In this document: one piece after another, positions 39,364 through 50,579 of the stretch
Numbering within the stretch: the stretch's first letter is position 1
Layout: each line of letters opens with the position of its first letter
Source: Convolutriloba macropyga
Lineage: Eukaryota
DNA: 64,000 nt
Assembly: GCF_964194025.1 (NCBI RefSeq)
Contig: NC_134475.1
Location: 25,420,001 to 25,484,000 of the forward strand
Direction of reading: 5' to 3'
The notes under the pieces: model-generated
The model's database searches: none
What the model was told of the DNA's origin: nothing
Seen by the model: only the letters and a program-made list of their open reading frames with translations
Translations under genes and position numbers: made by a program

Positions 39364-40170
39364 TTTAAACTTCCAAATAAGGCTTAAATTCTTTAGTTTA
39401 TAAGTTGACCGACTGACTAATTGGTAGCGTCATAAGTCTGTTAATGCTTTTGTTTTAGTTTGAATAGCTTGAGAAGAAGTCAGCATTTTAGAAAGAAGGC
39501 GGTCAGGTAGTTCAATCGTTATTTTGTTGCCATAACAAACGTTACGTAAGAAAGGCATAACTAATGCAGTCCATAATGCGAAGTGAACAAATTCTTTCGT
39601 TTGGGCACTCTGGTACGTTTTTGCTTGATAAGTTACAAAGGAATAGAGCAACAACACTAATAAACAGTACCATAATAAGAGCTGTAGCTTAGGAGTTGAT
39701 CTTAAGAGAAATTGTGATAACAAAAACATTGTTTAGGTAGTTGAACTGACTTGATAAATTCAGAACACTGGTTTGCACGATTGGAAATCAGAACATTTGA
39801 GAACACCGGAGAACCACAGTTAGATCAAGTGACTTAATTGATAGGTTGTAGAATTGAGAGAATAGTAGCTCTTTGTTTGTGAGTTTAGTTACAAAGTTAA
39901 AATTGCGAACTTTCTCTTATAATAAGACTCTAGTTGATTTTTGATTATATTTTGTAATCTTTTACATTTCTTGTTCACTATTTAAAAAGTTACTCGAATC
40001 AATTCATTATCGCAACTAGAGTTTCTTACAGCCAACAAGAGCCATGTGGGGACAAAAGAACCCTCCAACAGAAGTCTGAGAGCCATCAAAACAACCCTCT
40101 CAATTTGTTAGATTTTCGGGCGCTAGTCGGTCCACAGCTAGTCAGCCTAAGCAAAGTACAAAATTCTACA
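39364..40170 (+). repeat. BEL-type LTR copy 2
   Basis: Homologous to 33306-34114; ends AAATTCTACA; start mutated to TTTAAA. Confidence 0.85.
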
Positions 40171-40489
40171 GCTGGTTGATAAGATTTCCAAAATTTGTTA
40201 TCGCAAGAGAACGGCAACGATTCAGATGTACAAAGCTTAGTTAAGAGATAGAATTCCAACTAGAAAGAAATACACGAAATGAAACAAAAAATTCAACTGT
40301 ACAATTTAACAAAACCAAAGTAAGTCGATACGCATCTGCTACATCAAATCGAAAATGTATATTTACTCAGATGTAGAATTTTGTAGATACGACTGCAGAT
40401 ATGTAAAAAATCGTTTTAAATTTACTTGAAGGAATGATTTTAGTGATTTGCATTTTATTTTCGGCTTTTCTTTTTAGCATTTTGTATTG

Positions 40490-40536
40490 TTTATAACCTG
40501 ACGATGAATTCAGAGTTCGAAAACGTTTGTAAGAAA
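40490..40536 (+). ncRNA. Minimal type I hammerhead ribozyme motif, copy 1
   Basis: CTGACGA-T-GAATT(CAG)AGTTC-GAAA-ACGTT-T: both core boxes, 5-bp stem II, palindromic AACGTT stem III, weak stem I; lies in a Penelope pseudo-LTR. Confidence 0.78.
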
Positions 40537-41750
40537 GTTTTAAATTGACAAGTTTTAAATCTTGATCAAATCTGTCAATTCAATAAGCCGAAGCCCAGGA
40601 AGAGGCAAGTTGCGTTTTCTATGTCAATTTAGCTAGATCAACCTGAAATATTTACAGATTGAAGAAAGGTGGCAAATTCTGGCGGCAAGTTCGCTTTTCC
40701 ATGATTAAAGCCAAAAAACAGCAATCATCGAAATCTGTTACTCCTGTCAGTGACGGCTATTCCGTGTCTTTATTTCAACTCAAATTCCAGAAACGCCAAA
40801 AATAACATAAGAAACGCCTGGGACAGGGGTCACAGGAAAAACCGGAATGATTTCTTGATTTGGCAAGACACTTTGAACAACTCCATCACCCCTCACAAAC
40901 GAACAAACGACAACAGGCCGTGTGATGTAAAGGAGTTTTTTACAATGTCATTCGGACAGAATCAAGGCGGTATTTTAATCTCAAACGTATGGCGCAAAAA
41001 TATTTTAGAACAGCTTTTAAAATCGGGAATTTTAGTGATCTAGTTAAACAAGCATTTCGTGTCAATACGGAAGCAAAAGAACACCAATATCATCAGCAGA
41101 TACTTCCAACTCAGGTCCCCAAAATTGAGCTTAAATCACTTGGGTTAGGGTTAAAACATCAATGTAATCTACGGAAATTTGATTTGTGATCTTATTATGT
41201 AATTTTTTTATTTTGTAATCATTTACATTTCTTGTTCACTATTTAAAAAGTTACTCGAATCAATTCATTATCGCAACTAGAGTTTCTTACAGCCAACAAG
41301 AGCCATGTGGGGACAAAAGAACCCTCCAACAGAAGTCTGAGAGCCATCAAAACAACCCTCTCAATTTGTTAGATTTTCGGGCGCTAGTCGGTCCACAGCT
41401 AGTCAGCCTAAGCAAAGTACAAAAATCTACAGCTGGTTGATAAGATTTCCAAAATTTGTTATCGCAAGAGAACGGCAACGATTCAGATGTACAAAGCTTA
41501 GTTAAGAGATAGAATTCCAACTAGAAAGAAATACACGAAATGAAACAAAAAATTCAACTGTACAATTTAACAAAACCAAAGTAAGTCGATATGCATCTGC
41601 TACATCAAATCGAAAATGTATATTTACTCAGATGTAGAATTTTGTAGATACGACTGCAGATATGTAAAAAATCGTTTTAAATTTACTTGAAGGAATGATT
41701 TTAGTGATTTGCATTTTATTTTCGGCTTTTCTTTTTAGCATTTTGTATTG

Positions 41751-41797
41751 TTTATAACCTGACGATGAATTCAGAGTTCGAAAACGTTTGTAAGAAA
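41751..41797 (+). ncRNA. Minimal hammerhead ribozyme motif, copy 2
   Basis: Identical to copy 1; CTGACGA at 41759-41765. Confidence 0.78.
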
Positions 41798-43102
41798 GTT
41801 TTAAATTGACAAGTTTTAAATCTTGATCAAATCTGTCAATTCAATAAGCCGAAGCCCAGGAAGAGGCAAGTTGCGTTTTCTATGTCAATTTAGCTAGATC
41901 AACCTGAAATATTTACAGATTGAAGAAAGGTGGCAAATTCTGGCGGCAGGTTCGCTTTTCCATGATTGAAGCCAAAAAACAGCAATCATCAAAATCTGTT
42001 ACTCCTGTCAGTGACGGCCATTCCGTGTCTTTATTTCAACTCAAATTCCAGAAACGCCAAAAATAACATAAGAAACGCCTGGGACAGGGGTCACCGAAAA
42101 AACCGGAATGATTTCTTGATTTGGCACGACACTTTGAACAACTCCATCACCCCTCACACACGAACAAACGACAACAGGCCGTGTGATGTAGAGGAGTTTT
42201 TTACAATGTCATTCGGACAGAATCAAGGCGGTATTTTAATCTCAAACGTATGGCGCAAAAATATTTTAGAACAGCTTTTAAAATTGGGAATTTTAGTGAT
42301 CTAGTTAAACAAGCATTTCGTGTCAATACGGAAGCAAAAGAACACCAATATCATCAGCAGATACCTCCAACTCAGGTCCCCAAAATTGAGCCTAAATCAC
42401 TTGGGTTAGGGTTAAAACATCAATGTAATCTACGGAAATTGTCGAAAAAGAACAGGGGAAAAAAACTGAGCAAAAATCAACGGAAGGCAACGAGAAAACG
42501 AATGATCAGTGGTAAGTGATAGCATCTCTTGGTGTTTTCTCACCGGAGATCTTTCACAAATCTTCAGCTATGCTTAAACTGCCGAGATGTTGGTTAAGAA
42601 CAATTCTGCAAAGAAAGACTGTTGGGAACCATACTGCGACTATGAAAGGTTTTTTCTAAGGTTGCCTAAGATTTAGGTCAATTGCCAGATATAGCTTTTA
42701 TTTTGAAGAATAATAACATAGAAGGGAGGAATGAAGAATTTTGGAAATCATCCTTTTCTCACAAAAGTGTCGCAATTGGAAATTGTATAAAATTAATTTC
42801 GAAGATCGGTTTCCTACAAATTGTCATTTGGCCAACCAGAAATTTGTGGAACAAAAAGTCATTTTGGCCAACCAAATAATGTCATTTGGCCAACCAGAAA
42901 TTTGTGGAACAAAAAGTGAAGATCTTAGAAGTTGAATGGGTTGAAAATTGATTTTCGGAGGGGGTCCAAATTTATGGAAGTTAGTTATCAATCGATATTT
43001 AACTCAGTGTGGTCAAAATTGATGGGGAATTAGGACAAACTTGGGGCAAATTCCATTGTTGTCACCTTTGGGGAATTTGTTTCATATGTACCGCCGGGAG
43101 GC

Positions 43103-43914
43103 TTTAAACTTCCAAATAAGGCTTAAAATCTTTAAATCATAGTTTGACCGATTGACTAATTGGTAGCGTCATAAGTCTGTAACTGCTTTTGTTTTAGTTT
43201 GAATAGCTTGAGAAGAAGTCAGCATTTTAGAAAGAAGGCGGTCGGGTGGTTCAATTGTTCTTTTGTTGCCATAACAAACGTTACGTAAGAAAGGCATAAC
43301 TAATGCAGTCCATAATGCGAAGTGAACAAATTCTTTCGTTTTGGCCACTCTCATACGTTTTTGCTTGATAAGTTACAAAGGAATAGAGCAACAAGATTAA
43401 TAAACAGCACCATAATAATAGCTGTAGTTTAGGAATAGATCTTAAGAGAAATTGTGATAACAAAATCATTGTTTAGTTAGTTGAACTGACTTGATAAATT
43501 CAGAACACTGGTTTGCGCGATTGGAAATCAGAAAGAACACTTGAGAACACCCGAGAACCGCAGTTTGATCAAGCGAATTAATTCATAGGTTGTAGAATTG
43601 AGAGAATTGTAGCTCTTTGTTTGCAAGTTTAGTTACAAATTTAAAATTGCGAACCTTCTCTCATAATGAGACCCTAGTTGATTTTTGATTTAATTTTGTG
43701 ATCTTTTACATTTCTTGTTCACTATTTAAAAAGTTACTCGAATCAATTCTTTATTGCAACTAGAGTTTCCTACAGCCGACAAGAGCCATGTGGGGACAAA
43801 AGAACCCTCCAACAGAAGTCTGAGAGCCATCAAAACAACCCTCTCAATTTGTTAGATTTTTGGGCGCTAGTCGGTCCACAGCTAGTCAGCCTAAGCAAAG
43901 TACAAAATTCTACA
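43103..43914 (+). repeat. BEL-type LTR, third full copy
   Basis: Homologous to 39364-40170; ends AAATTCTACA. Confidence 0.85.
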
Positions 43915-44264
43915 GCTGGTTGATAAGATTTCCAAAATTTGTTATCGCAAGAGAACGGCAACGTTTCAGATGTACAAAGCTTAGTTAGGAGATAGAATTA
44001 CAACTTGAAAGAAAGACACGGCACGAAACAAAAATTTCAACTGTACAATTTAACAAAACCAAAGTAAGTTTCAGTTAATTTTTTAAGGTTTTTATCATGT
44101 CGATATGCATCTGCTACTTCAAATCGAAAATGTATATTTACTCAGTTGTAGAATTGTGTAGATACGACTGCCGATATGTGAAAAATTGTTTTAAATTTAC
44201 TTGAAGGTATGATTTTAGTGATTTGCATTTTATTTTCGGCTGTTCTTTTTAGCATTTTGTATTG

Positions 44265-44311
44265 TTTATAACCTGATGATGAATTCAGAGTTCGAAAACG
44301 TTTGTAAGAAA
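44265..44311 (+). ncRNA. Minimal hammerhead ribozyme motif, copy 3
   Basis: CTGATGA (44273-44279)-T-GAATT(CAG)AGTTC-GAAA-ACGTT-T. Confidence 0.8.
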
Positions 44312-44395
44312 GTTTTAAATTGACAAGTTTTAAATCTTGATCAAATCTGTCAATTCAATAAACCGAAGCCCAGGAAGAGGCAAGTTGCGTTTTCT

Positions 44396-45037
44396 ATGTC
44401 AATTTAGCTAGATCAACATGAAATATTTACAGATTGAAGAATGGTGGCAAATTCTGGCGGCAAGTTCGCTTTTCCATGCATTAAAGCCAAAAAACAGCAA
44501 ACATCACAATCCGTTACTCCTGTCATTGATGGCCATTCCGTGTCTTTCGTTCAACTCAAATTCCAGAAACGCCAAAAATAACATAAGAAACGCCTGGGAC
44601 AGGGGTCACCGGAAAAACTGGAATGATTTCTTGATTTGGAACGACACTTTGAGTAACTCCATCACCCCTCACAAACTAACAAACGACAACAGGCCGTGCA
44701 ATGTAGAGGAGTTTTTTACAATGTCATTCGGACAGAATCAAGGCAGTATTTTAATTTCAAACATATGGCGCAAAGAATATTTTAGAACAGCTTTTAAAAT
44801 CGGGAACTTTAGTGATCTAGTTAAAGAAGCATTTCGTGTCAATACGGAAGCAAAAGAACACCAATATCATCAGCAGATACCTCCAACTCAGGTCCCCAAA
44901 ATTGAGCTTAAATCACTTGGGTTAGGGTTAAATCATCAATGAAATCTACGGAAATTGTTGAAAAAGAACAGGGGAAAAAGAAAACTGAGCAAAAATCAAC
45001 GGAAGGCACGGAGAAAACGAATGCTCAGTGGTAAGTG
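44396..45037 (+). pseudogene. Upstream accessory ORF (~210 aa) of the Penelope-like element; possible degenerate SGNH-fold protein with basic C-terminal tail
   Basis: 174-aa ORF 44418-44942 plus frameshifted tail KKNRGKKLSKNQRKARRKR; homologous copies at 40621-41180 and 41882-42519; motifs ILAASS, AIPCLSF, IW(H/N/Q)DTL(N/S)NS. Confidence 0.55.
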
Positions 45038-45088
45038 ATAGCATCTCTTGTTGTTTGCTCACCGGAGATCTTTCACAAACCTTCAGCT

Positions 45089-47640
45089 ATGCTTAAACTG
45101 CCGAGATGTTGGTTAAGAACAATTCTGCAAAAAAAAGACTGTTGGGAACCATACTTCGACTATGAAAACAATGTTTGTAAGTTTGAAAGTATTAGATGCA
45201 GAATAAATTTTCTTAAAACTTGCCTTAGCACAGATGAAATACGGGATTTTTTTAGAATTTCGTGTTCCAAAAACATGTTTTGTCGGATCAAGCAGTGTAT
45301 AGTTTTCAACTAAAATTGCTAAGGTCGGAAATTTCCACAGCAGCTGACACACACCATAAATGTGACCAAAAGCGAGCTTCTAGTCGAAAAAATCACCTTA
45401 AGAATTTAGATAACCACCTATTGCCCTCCGTAATTTTTAAATTGCGCAACCGAGTTTCCAACCATGTAGTTAATTCTGAACAAAGACTGCGGGGAAAACT
45501 TGCCAAACTTCCGGAAAAGGAAAACAAGCTACTCAGATTATCTAATGGAAGACTGTAGTGGTTCTCGATAATATCATTTTGCCGGGATTCGTCAGGGATA
45601 TTCTCGCTTTTGGTTCAAAGCATCCAACAAGGGACAAGTGTAAAGAGTTGCATTTCTTGGCGGACATAGCAGTTTGATAAGAAATCTGAGTGAGAACAAC
45701 GTACCAGGTGAAAAAATGTTCGAGATTGAACTCGCAGCAAATTGGTAAGCAAAACAGAGAAACACCTTTAGATAGAGCAATAGCAAAGGTGCCAAAATAT
45801 CTGCGTGACAACGCCATGATTGCTGTTGCTTTTGATTAGGCTGATGGGTTTTCTCTTATAAAAAGGAGCTCGTTTGCTGAAAAACTGAAAAAAAAGTATT
45901 GGACTGCGAACAGTTCAGAAAAGAGTTGTGATAAAATCGTAATGAAAAATGAAAAAAAAACTAAACAAAGATTTTTGGATATGAGGGAAAAAAGATACCG
46001 GATCACAACCAGCAAGGTTGTATGAACTAGCTAAAGTACACAAAAATAAACCCTTCCGGGACCTTTTCTCTCTATCCCGAGAAGTTGTTAGCATGAACTT
46101 AACAATTTTATAACACCCTTTTTCCAAAAGATTGAAGGAGCAAACACGGAAATTAACACCAATGACGCACGAAAAACTTTTGGGCAAAAAAACTTGAAAA
46201 AGACGAACAAATCCTATCATTAGATTTAAAAAATTTCGTCCATCAATGCTCCCGTAAAGGAAGCTATTAACATTACCCTGCAATTGTTTTATGCTAGGGA
46301 CGATAAACAAGACATACCTAGAACAACAATAAAACGTCTGCTCGAACTAGCCGTCACAAATGTTCATTTTAAATGCAATGAAAGTTGGTACTGTCAGAAA
46401 AACGAGTTGGCAATGCTCGCGTCCTTGGCAGTAATTTTTCCTAACCTTTGTATGAACTCGTGGGGCTACAATAGAATCTAAGGACACCTATAGTTAATCC
46501 AACACACAATTTAGCACTTGCCGCAATTGCGAACACCGTGTGACAGCACGTTCCAGGGGTGTTGAGTGTGACCTTTGCAGTAGATGGTTCCACGCTAAAT
46601 GTCAGCATATCAGTAACACAGAATATGATAGCATGGAAAACCAGTTCTGGATGTGCTTATTCTGCCGTGAAAATGATGAAATTAACATTAACACTGAGAA
46701 AAACCAAATTTTTTCAAAGATATGTCGACGTTATTGTGAGTACAGTTAGAGCTGACACAAAAAAGCTGTTAGTTGCGGTCAGTAGCCTCCATCCAAATCT
46801 TAAGTTGGCATTAGAAACAACGGATGACAAAAACAGTTTGGCATTTCTGGACATGTCAATTAACGTAAAACCGGAGGGGACAAATTTTTGCACTTGGTAT
46901 CAAAAACCATCAGAGACTGGAAAAATTCCGAACTTTTGTATCTGTGCACCCCTTCAACATAAGAAAAACATTATACAGGGAGCAATACACCACCTGTTCC
47001 GAGCCACCAGCAATTTGGAAGCGTTCCATGAAGAATTTACAAAAATGAAGAAATTTGTGATTGTAATCAATATTCTAGGCGTTGGATAGTGAATATTGTC
47101 AAGGACATAATTAACCAATTGCGAATGAAAGAACAATGAAAAGGATTTAACGCGGTTGTAGCCGTAAAACAGCAGAAAAATACTGAGGAACAATAATTTG
47201 CATGACACTACAGAGGCAACATCTCTAATGACTTTGTTAGGAAGCTGAACAAAATTCGTCCCGTACAGACGATTTTCACCTATCGGAAACTTAATAGCTG
47301 TTTACCTAGCCTCAAGTCTAACTTTGATAAGGATCTCAAATCTCACGTGGTTTTTGAACTCATTTGTAATGGATGCAAATCCGTCTACGTAGGGCAGACT
47401 TGCTGACATATTACCACAAGGGTTGCAGAGCATGCCAAGGCGGACTCAACGGTGGAAATACATGCAATTGAGTTCAACGGTGAAAAAACAGCTTTCAAGT
47501 GGAAGATATTAGACCAGTGCGGCAACCAATCTAAGTTAATGACAATAGAGTCGCTCTATATTAGAATACTAAAACCAGCCATCAACACTCGCAACAAATA
47601 CCGAACACGAGAACACACTGAAAGCTTAGTTTGGAGATAA
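45089..47640 (+). pseudogene. Penelope RT-(PHD)-GIY-YIG ORF, frameshifted
   Basis: Begins MLKLPRCWLRTILQKK; RT motifs; PHD at 46519-46665; GIY-YIG at ~47340-47610. Confidence 0.9.
46519..46665 (+). other. PHD finger (C4HC3) inside the RT domain
   Basis: CRNC-x11-CDLC-x4-HAKC-x16-W-x-CLFC; all eight ligands and the PHD tryptophan present. Confidence 0.88.
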
Positions 47641-47903
47641 AGTTCCAACTTGAAAGAAAGACACGATATGAAACGAAAATTTCAATTGTACAAAGTAAAC
47701 CAAAGTAAGTTTAAGGTAATTTATGAAGGTTTTTAAATACAAAAACATGTTGATATGCATCTGCTACATCAAATCGAAAATGTATTTTGACTCAGATGTA
47801 AAATTTTGAAGATACGACTGTAGATATGTAAAAATTCGTTTTAAATTTCCTTGATTGAATGGTTTTAGTGATTTGCATTTTATTTTTGTAGCATTTTGTA
47901 TTT

Positions 47904-47950
47904 TGTAAAACCTGACGATGAATTCCGAGTTCGAAAACAATTGTAAGAAA
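47904..47950 (+). ncRNA. Hammerhead motif, copy 4 (stem III mutated)
   Basis: CTGACGA-T-GAATT(CCG)AGTTC-GAAA-ACAAT-T. Confidence 0.6.
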
Positions 47951-48397
47951 GTTTTAAATTGGCAGTCCTTTTTTAAATCTTGAATGATATTGTTGCCAGC
48001 AGCAGCAATCAGAACTCCAGGTTGAACATACAAACGTCCAGCAGTCAAATTGGCGCCAAAATCAATACCTGAATATATTTGAGCCAAAAACAGTGCCAGT
48101 GACATTCGCGACGATGGGTTATTGGTGCAAATAAGAACCTGACAAACTGTTCCCTTTAAACTTTTTCAATTATTTTTATGTCATTAATATCTTTTTCGTT
48201 GTACTTGAACATAACAGGATTCCTAATGATGCTAAAATACACAGCATAGGTAAAATTTTGGCCTATTTTAGTTTTTGGCGTGTTGAAGTTCATCTTTTTT
48301 GAACTTTTGGTAATTCTGGTGCAAAAGTACTCATTTGGGAATGAAAACTACTCTATGTTCGTCACCATGGCCGTCACCACGGCCGACACCATTTCCA

Positions 48398-50033
48398 TCA
48401 CCAACGTCCATTGCAAATGCAAGAAAATTTGGTACTGTCAGAAAGACGGGTTGGCAATGGGTGCGTTCTTGGCGGTGATTTTGGCAAACTTTTGGATGAA
48501 ATCGTGGGAGCCACAACTGAAATTACAGACAAATAAATGTAAAAACAAAACACAATCTAGCACTTATCGCAATTTCGCACACCGTGTGACAGCACGTGCC
48601 AGGGGTGTTGAGTGTGAAGTTTGTAATAGATGGTTCCACGCAAAATGTCAGCAAATCAGTAACACAGAAAATGATAGCTTGGAAAACCACTTCTGGATAT
48701 GATCATTCTATCGAGAAAATGATCAGGTTGACATTAACCATTCGTCCGAAACTAACGTTTTTCTAAGATTTGTCGACGATATTGTGAGAACAGTTAGAGC
48801 TGACACAAAAGAGCTGTTAGATGCGGTCAATAACCTCCATCCAAATCTCCAATTTACATTAGGAACAACAGATGACAAAAACAGTTTGCCATTTTTTGAC
48901 ATGTCAATTAACGTACAACCGGAGGGGAACACTTTTTGCACATGGTATCAGATACTGGAACAATTCTGAACTATCGTAGCTGTGCAACCCTACAACATAA
49001 GAAAAGCATAATACAGGGAACAATACACCGCCTGTTCCGAGCCACCAGCATTTGGGAAGCGTTCCACGAAGCATCGACAAAAAATGAAAAAATTTGGGAA
49101 CTTAATCAATATCCTAGGCATTGGGTAGTGAATGTCGTCAAGGATACAATTAACCAGCTGCAAATGAAAAAACAAAGAAAAGGACATAGATATAACGCGG
49201 GTGTAGCCGTAAAACAACAGGAAAATACTGAGAAACAACAATTTGTATTACAATACAGCGGCAACATCTCTAATGAATTTGTATAGAAATTGAACAAAAT
49301 TCATCCTGCACAGACGATTTTCACCTATCGGAAACTTAATAGCTGTTTACCTACCCTCAAGTCTAACTTTGAAAAGGATCTCAAATCCCACGTGGTTTTT
49401 GAACTCATTTGGAATGGATGCAAATCTATCTATGCAGGGCAGACATGCCAACATATTACCACAAGGGTTGCAGAGCATGCCAAGTCGGACTCAACGATGG
49501 GGGTACATGCAATGGAATGCAACGTTGAGAAAGCAGCTTTCCAGTGGAAGATATTAGACCAATGCAGCAACCAATCTAATTTAATGACACTAGAGGCGCT
49601 CTATATAAGAACATTGAAACCAGTCATCAACACGCGCAACGAATACCGAAGACGAAAATTGACACTTAAATTGGAGATGAAAATCGAACTTAAAAGGCAC
49701 GTTAAGAAACGAAAATTTCAACTTTACAATTGAACAAAACTGGAGTAAGTTTAAAGCAATATATGTAGGTTTTTAAATAAAAGAACATGTCGATATGCAT
49801 CTGCTACATCAAATCAAAATTTTTTTTTTTACTCAGATGTAAATATTTTGTAGATACGATTGTAGATATGTAAAAATTCGTTTTAAATTTCCTTGAATGA
49901 TTGATTTTAGTGATTTGCTTTTATTTTCTGGCTTTTCAATTTAGCATTTTGTATTGTTTATAACCCGAAGATGAACTCAGAGTTCGAAAACGTTCGTAAG
50001 AAAGTTTTAAATTGACAATTTTTTTTTAAATCT
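48398..50033 (+). mobile_element. 5'-truncated Penelope-like element, second diverged copy, also with an in-RT PHD remnant
   Basis: KDGLAMGAFLAVILANFWM..GVECEVCNRWFHAKCQQI..FW..RFVDDIVR..LHPNLQFTL; GIY-YIG ORF 49290-49733; 3' pseudo-LTR. Confidence 0.92.
49957..50003 (+). ncRNA. Hammerhead motif, copy 5 (U4C variant, perfect stem II, UC cleavage site)
   Basis: CCGAAGA-T-GAACT(CAG)AGTTC-GAAA-ACGTT-C. Confidence 0.65.
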
Positions 50034-50483
50034 TACTCTATGTTCATTTTAAATCTTATGTGCGAGAACCATTATGAAGTGCATATGAGAAAGCTGGTCA
50101 CCGATTAACCCAACCTTGTCTAAAGCCACCAGGTTTTATTTCGCAGATGCTAAATGTTGCGAAAACTTGAGATCTTAAACTGATAGCTTATTCAATGAAC
50201 TATTGCGTTAATCAAAACATCTGTGATGTAATAATTTATCATTAGTCATAAAAGTTGCTGATATTGAGATTATAGCCACTTTCAATGTTAATATTCCCCA
50301 TGAGGTAGTTGTTTAGGAACATAATGGTCTTGAACTCTTTCCCCAATTATATCAATATTGGTCTTATAGAATCTGAACTTCCAGTACCCATTTAAAATGA
50401 AAAAATTTTTGGTTACGCACGCCCAAGTGGTCGTAAATGTCACCCCATTTACAGTTATTTTCAGATTATTTATTAGTTTTCGA

Positions 50484-50520
<37 letters not shown>

Positions 50521-50521
50521 G
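50484..50521. repeat. (TTG/CAA)n microsatellite, near the 3' end of a CR1-like fragment
   Basis: About 12 perfect units. Confidence 0.95.
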
Positions 50522-50579
50522 GGGATTTTCTTTACAGAAGGGATTTCTCCCAATTAAAACAGTTATAGAAAATTGGTCC

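Larger units (their letters stand above)
33306..40170 (+). mobile_element. Degraded BEL/Pao-type LTR element (internal region decayed, spans an assembly gap)
   Basis: ~810-bp direct LTRs at both ends; G-run PPT before the right LTR; gag-like remnant QIP.KTALQWFSG near 36900; 3' internal part repeats 33130-33305. Confidence 0.7.
38943..45160 (+). repeat. Tandem array of composite units (BEL 3' end/LTR + Penelope pseudo-LTR + Penelope ORF1), three units
   Basis: ~39945-41180 recurs at ~41205-42440 (offset 1261) and ~43690-44955; 38943-40170 recurs at 42649-43914; identical LTR/Penelope junction CTACAGCTGGTTGATAAG in all three. Confidence 0.9.
43975..47983 (+). mobile_element. Near full-length decayed Penelope-like element (C-terminal GIY-YIG type) with pseudo-LTRs, an upstream ORF and a PHD-containing RT
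   Basis: Direct repeat 43975-44340 / 47621-47983 overlapping the ORF end; N-terminal FLKTCL; PARLYELAKVHK, LLELAVTNVHFK, (G)LAM.ASLAVI, RYVD., LHPNL, LAFLDMSI, WYQKP; VVFELICNGCKSVYVGQT..TTRVAEH. Confidence 0.92.
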
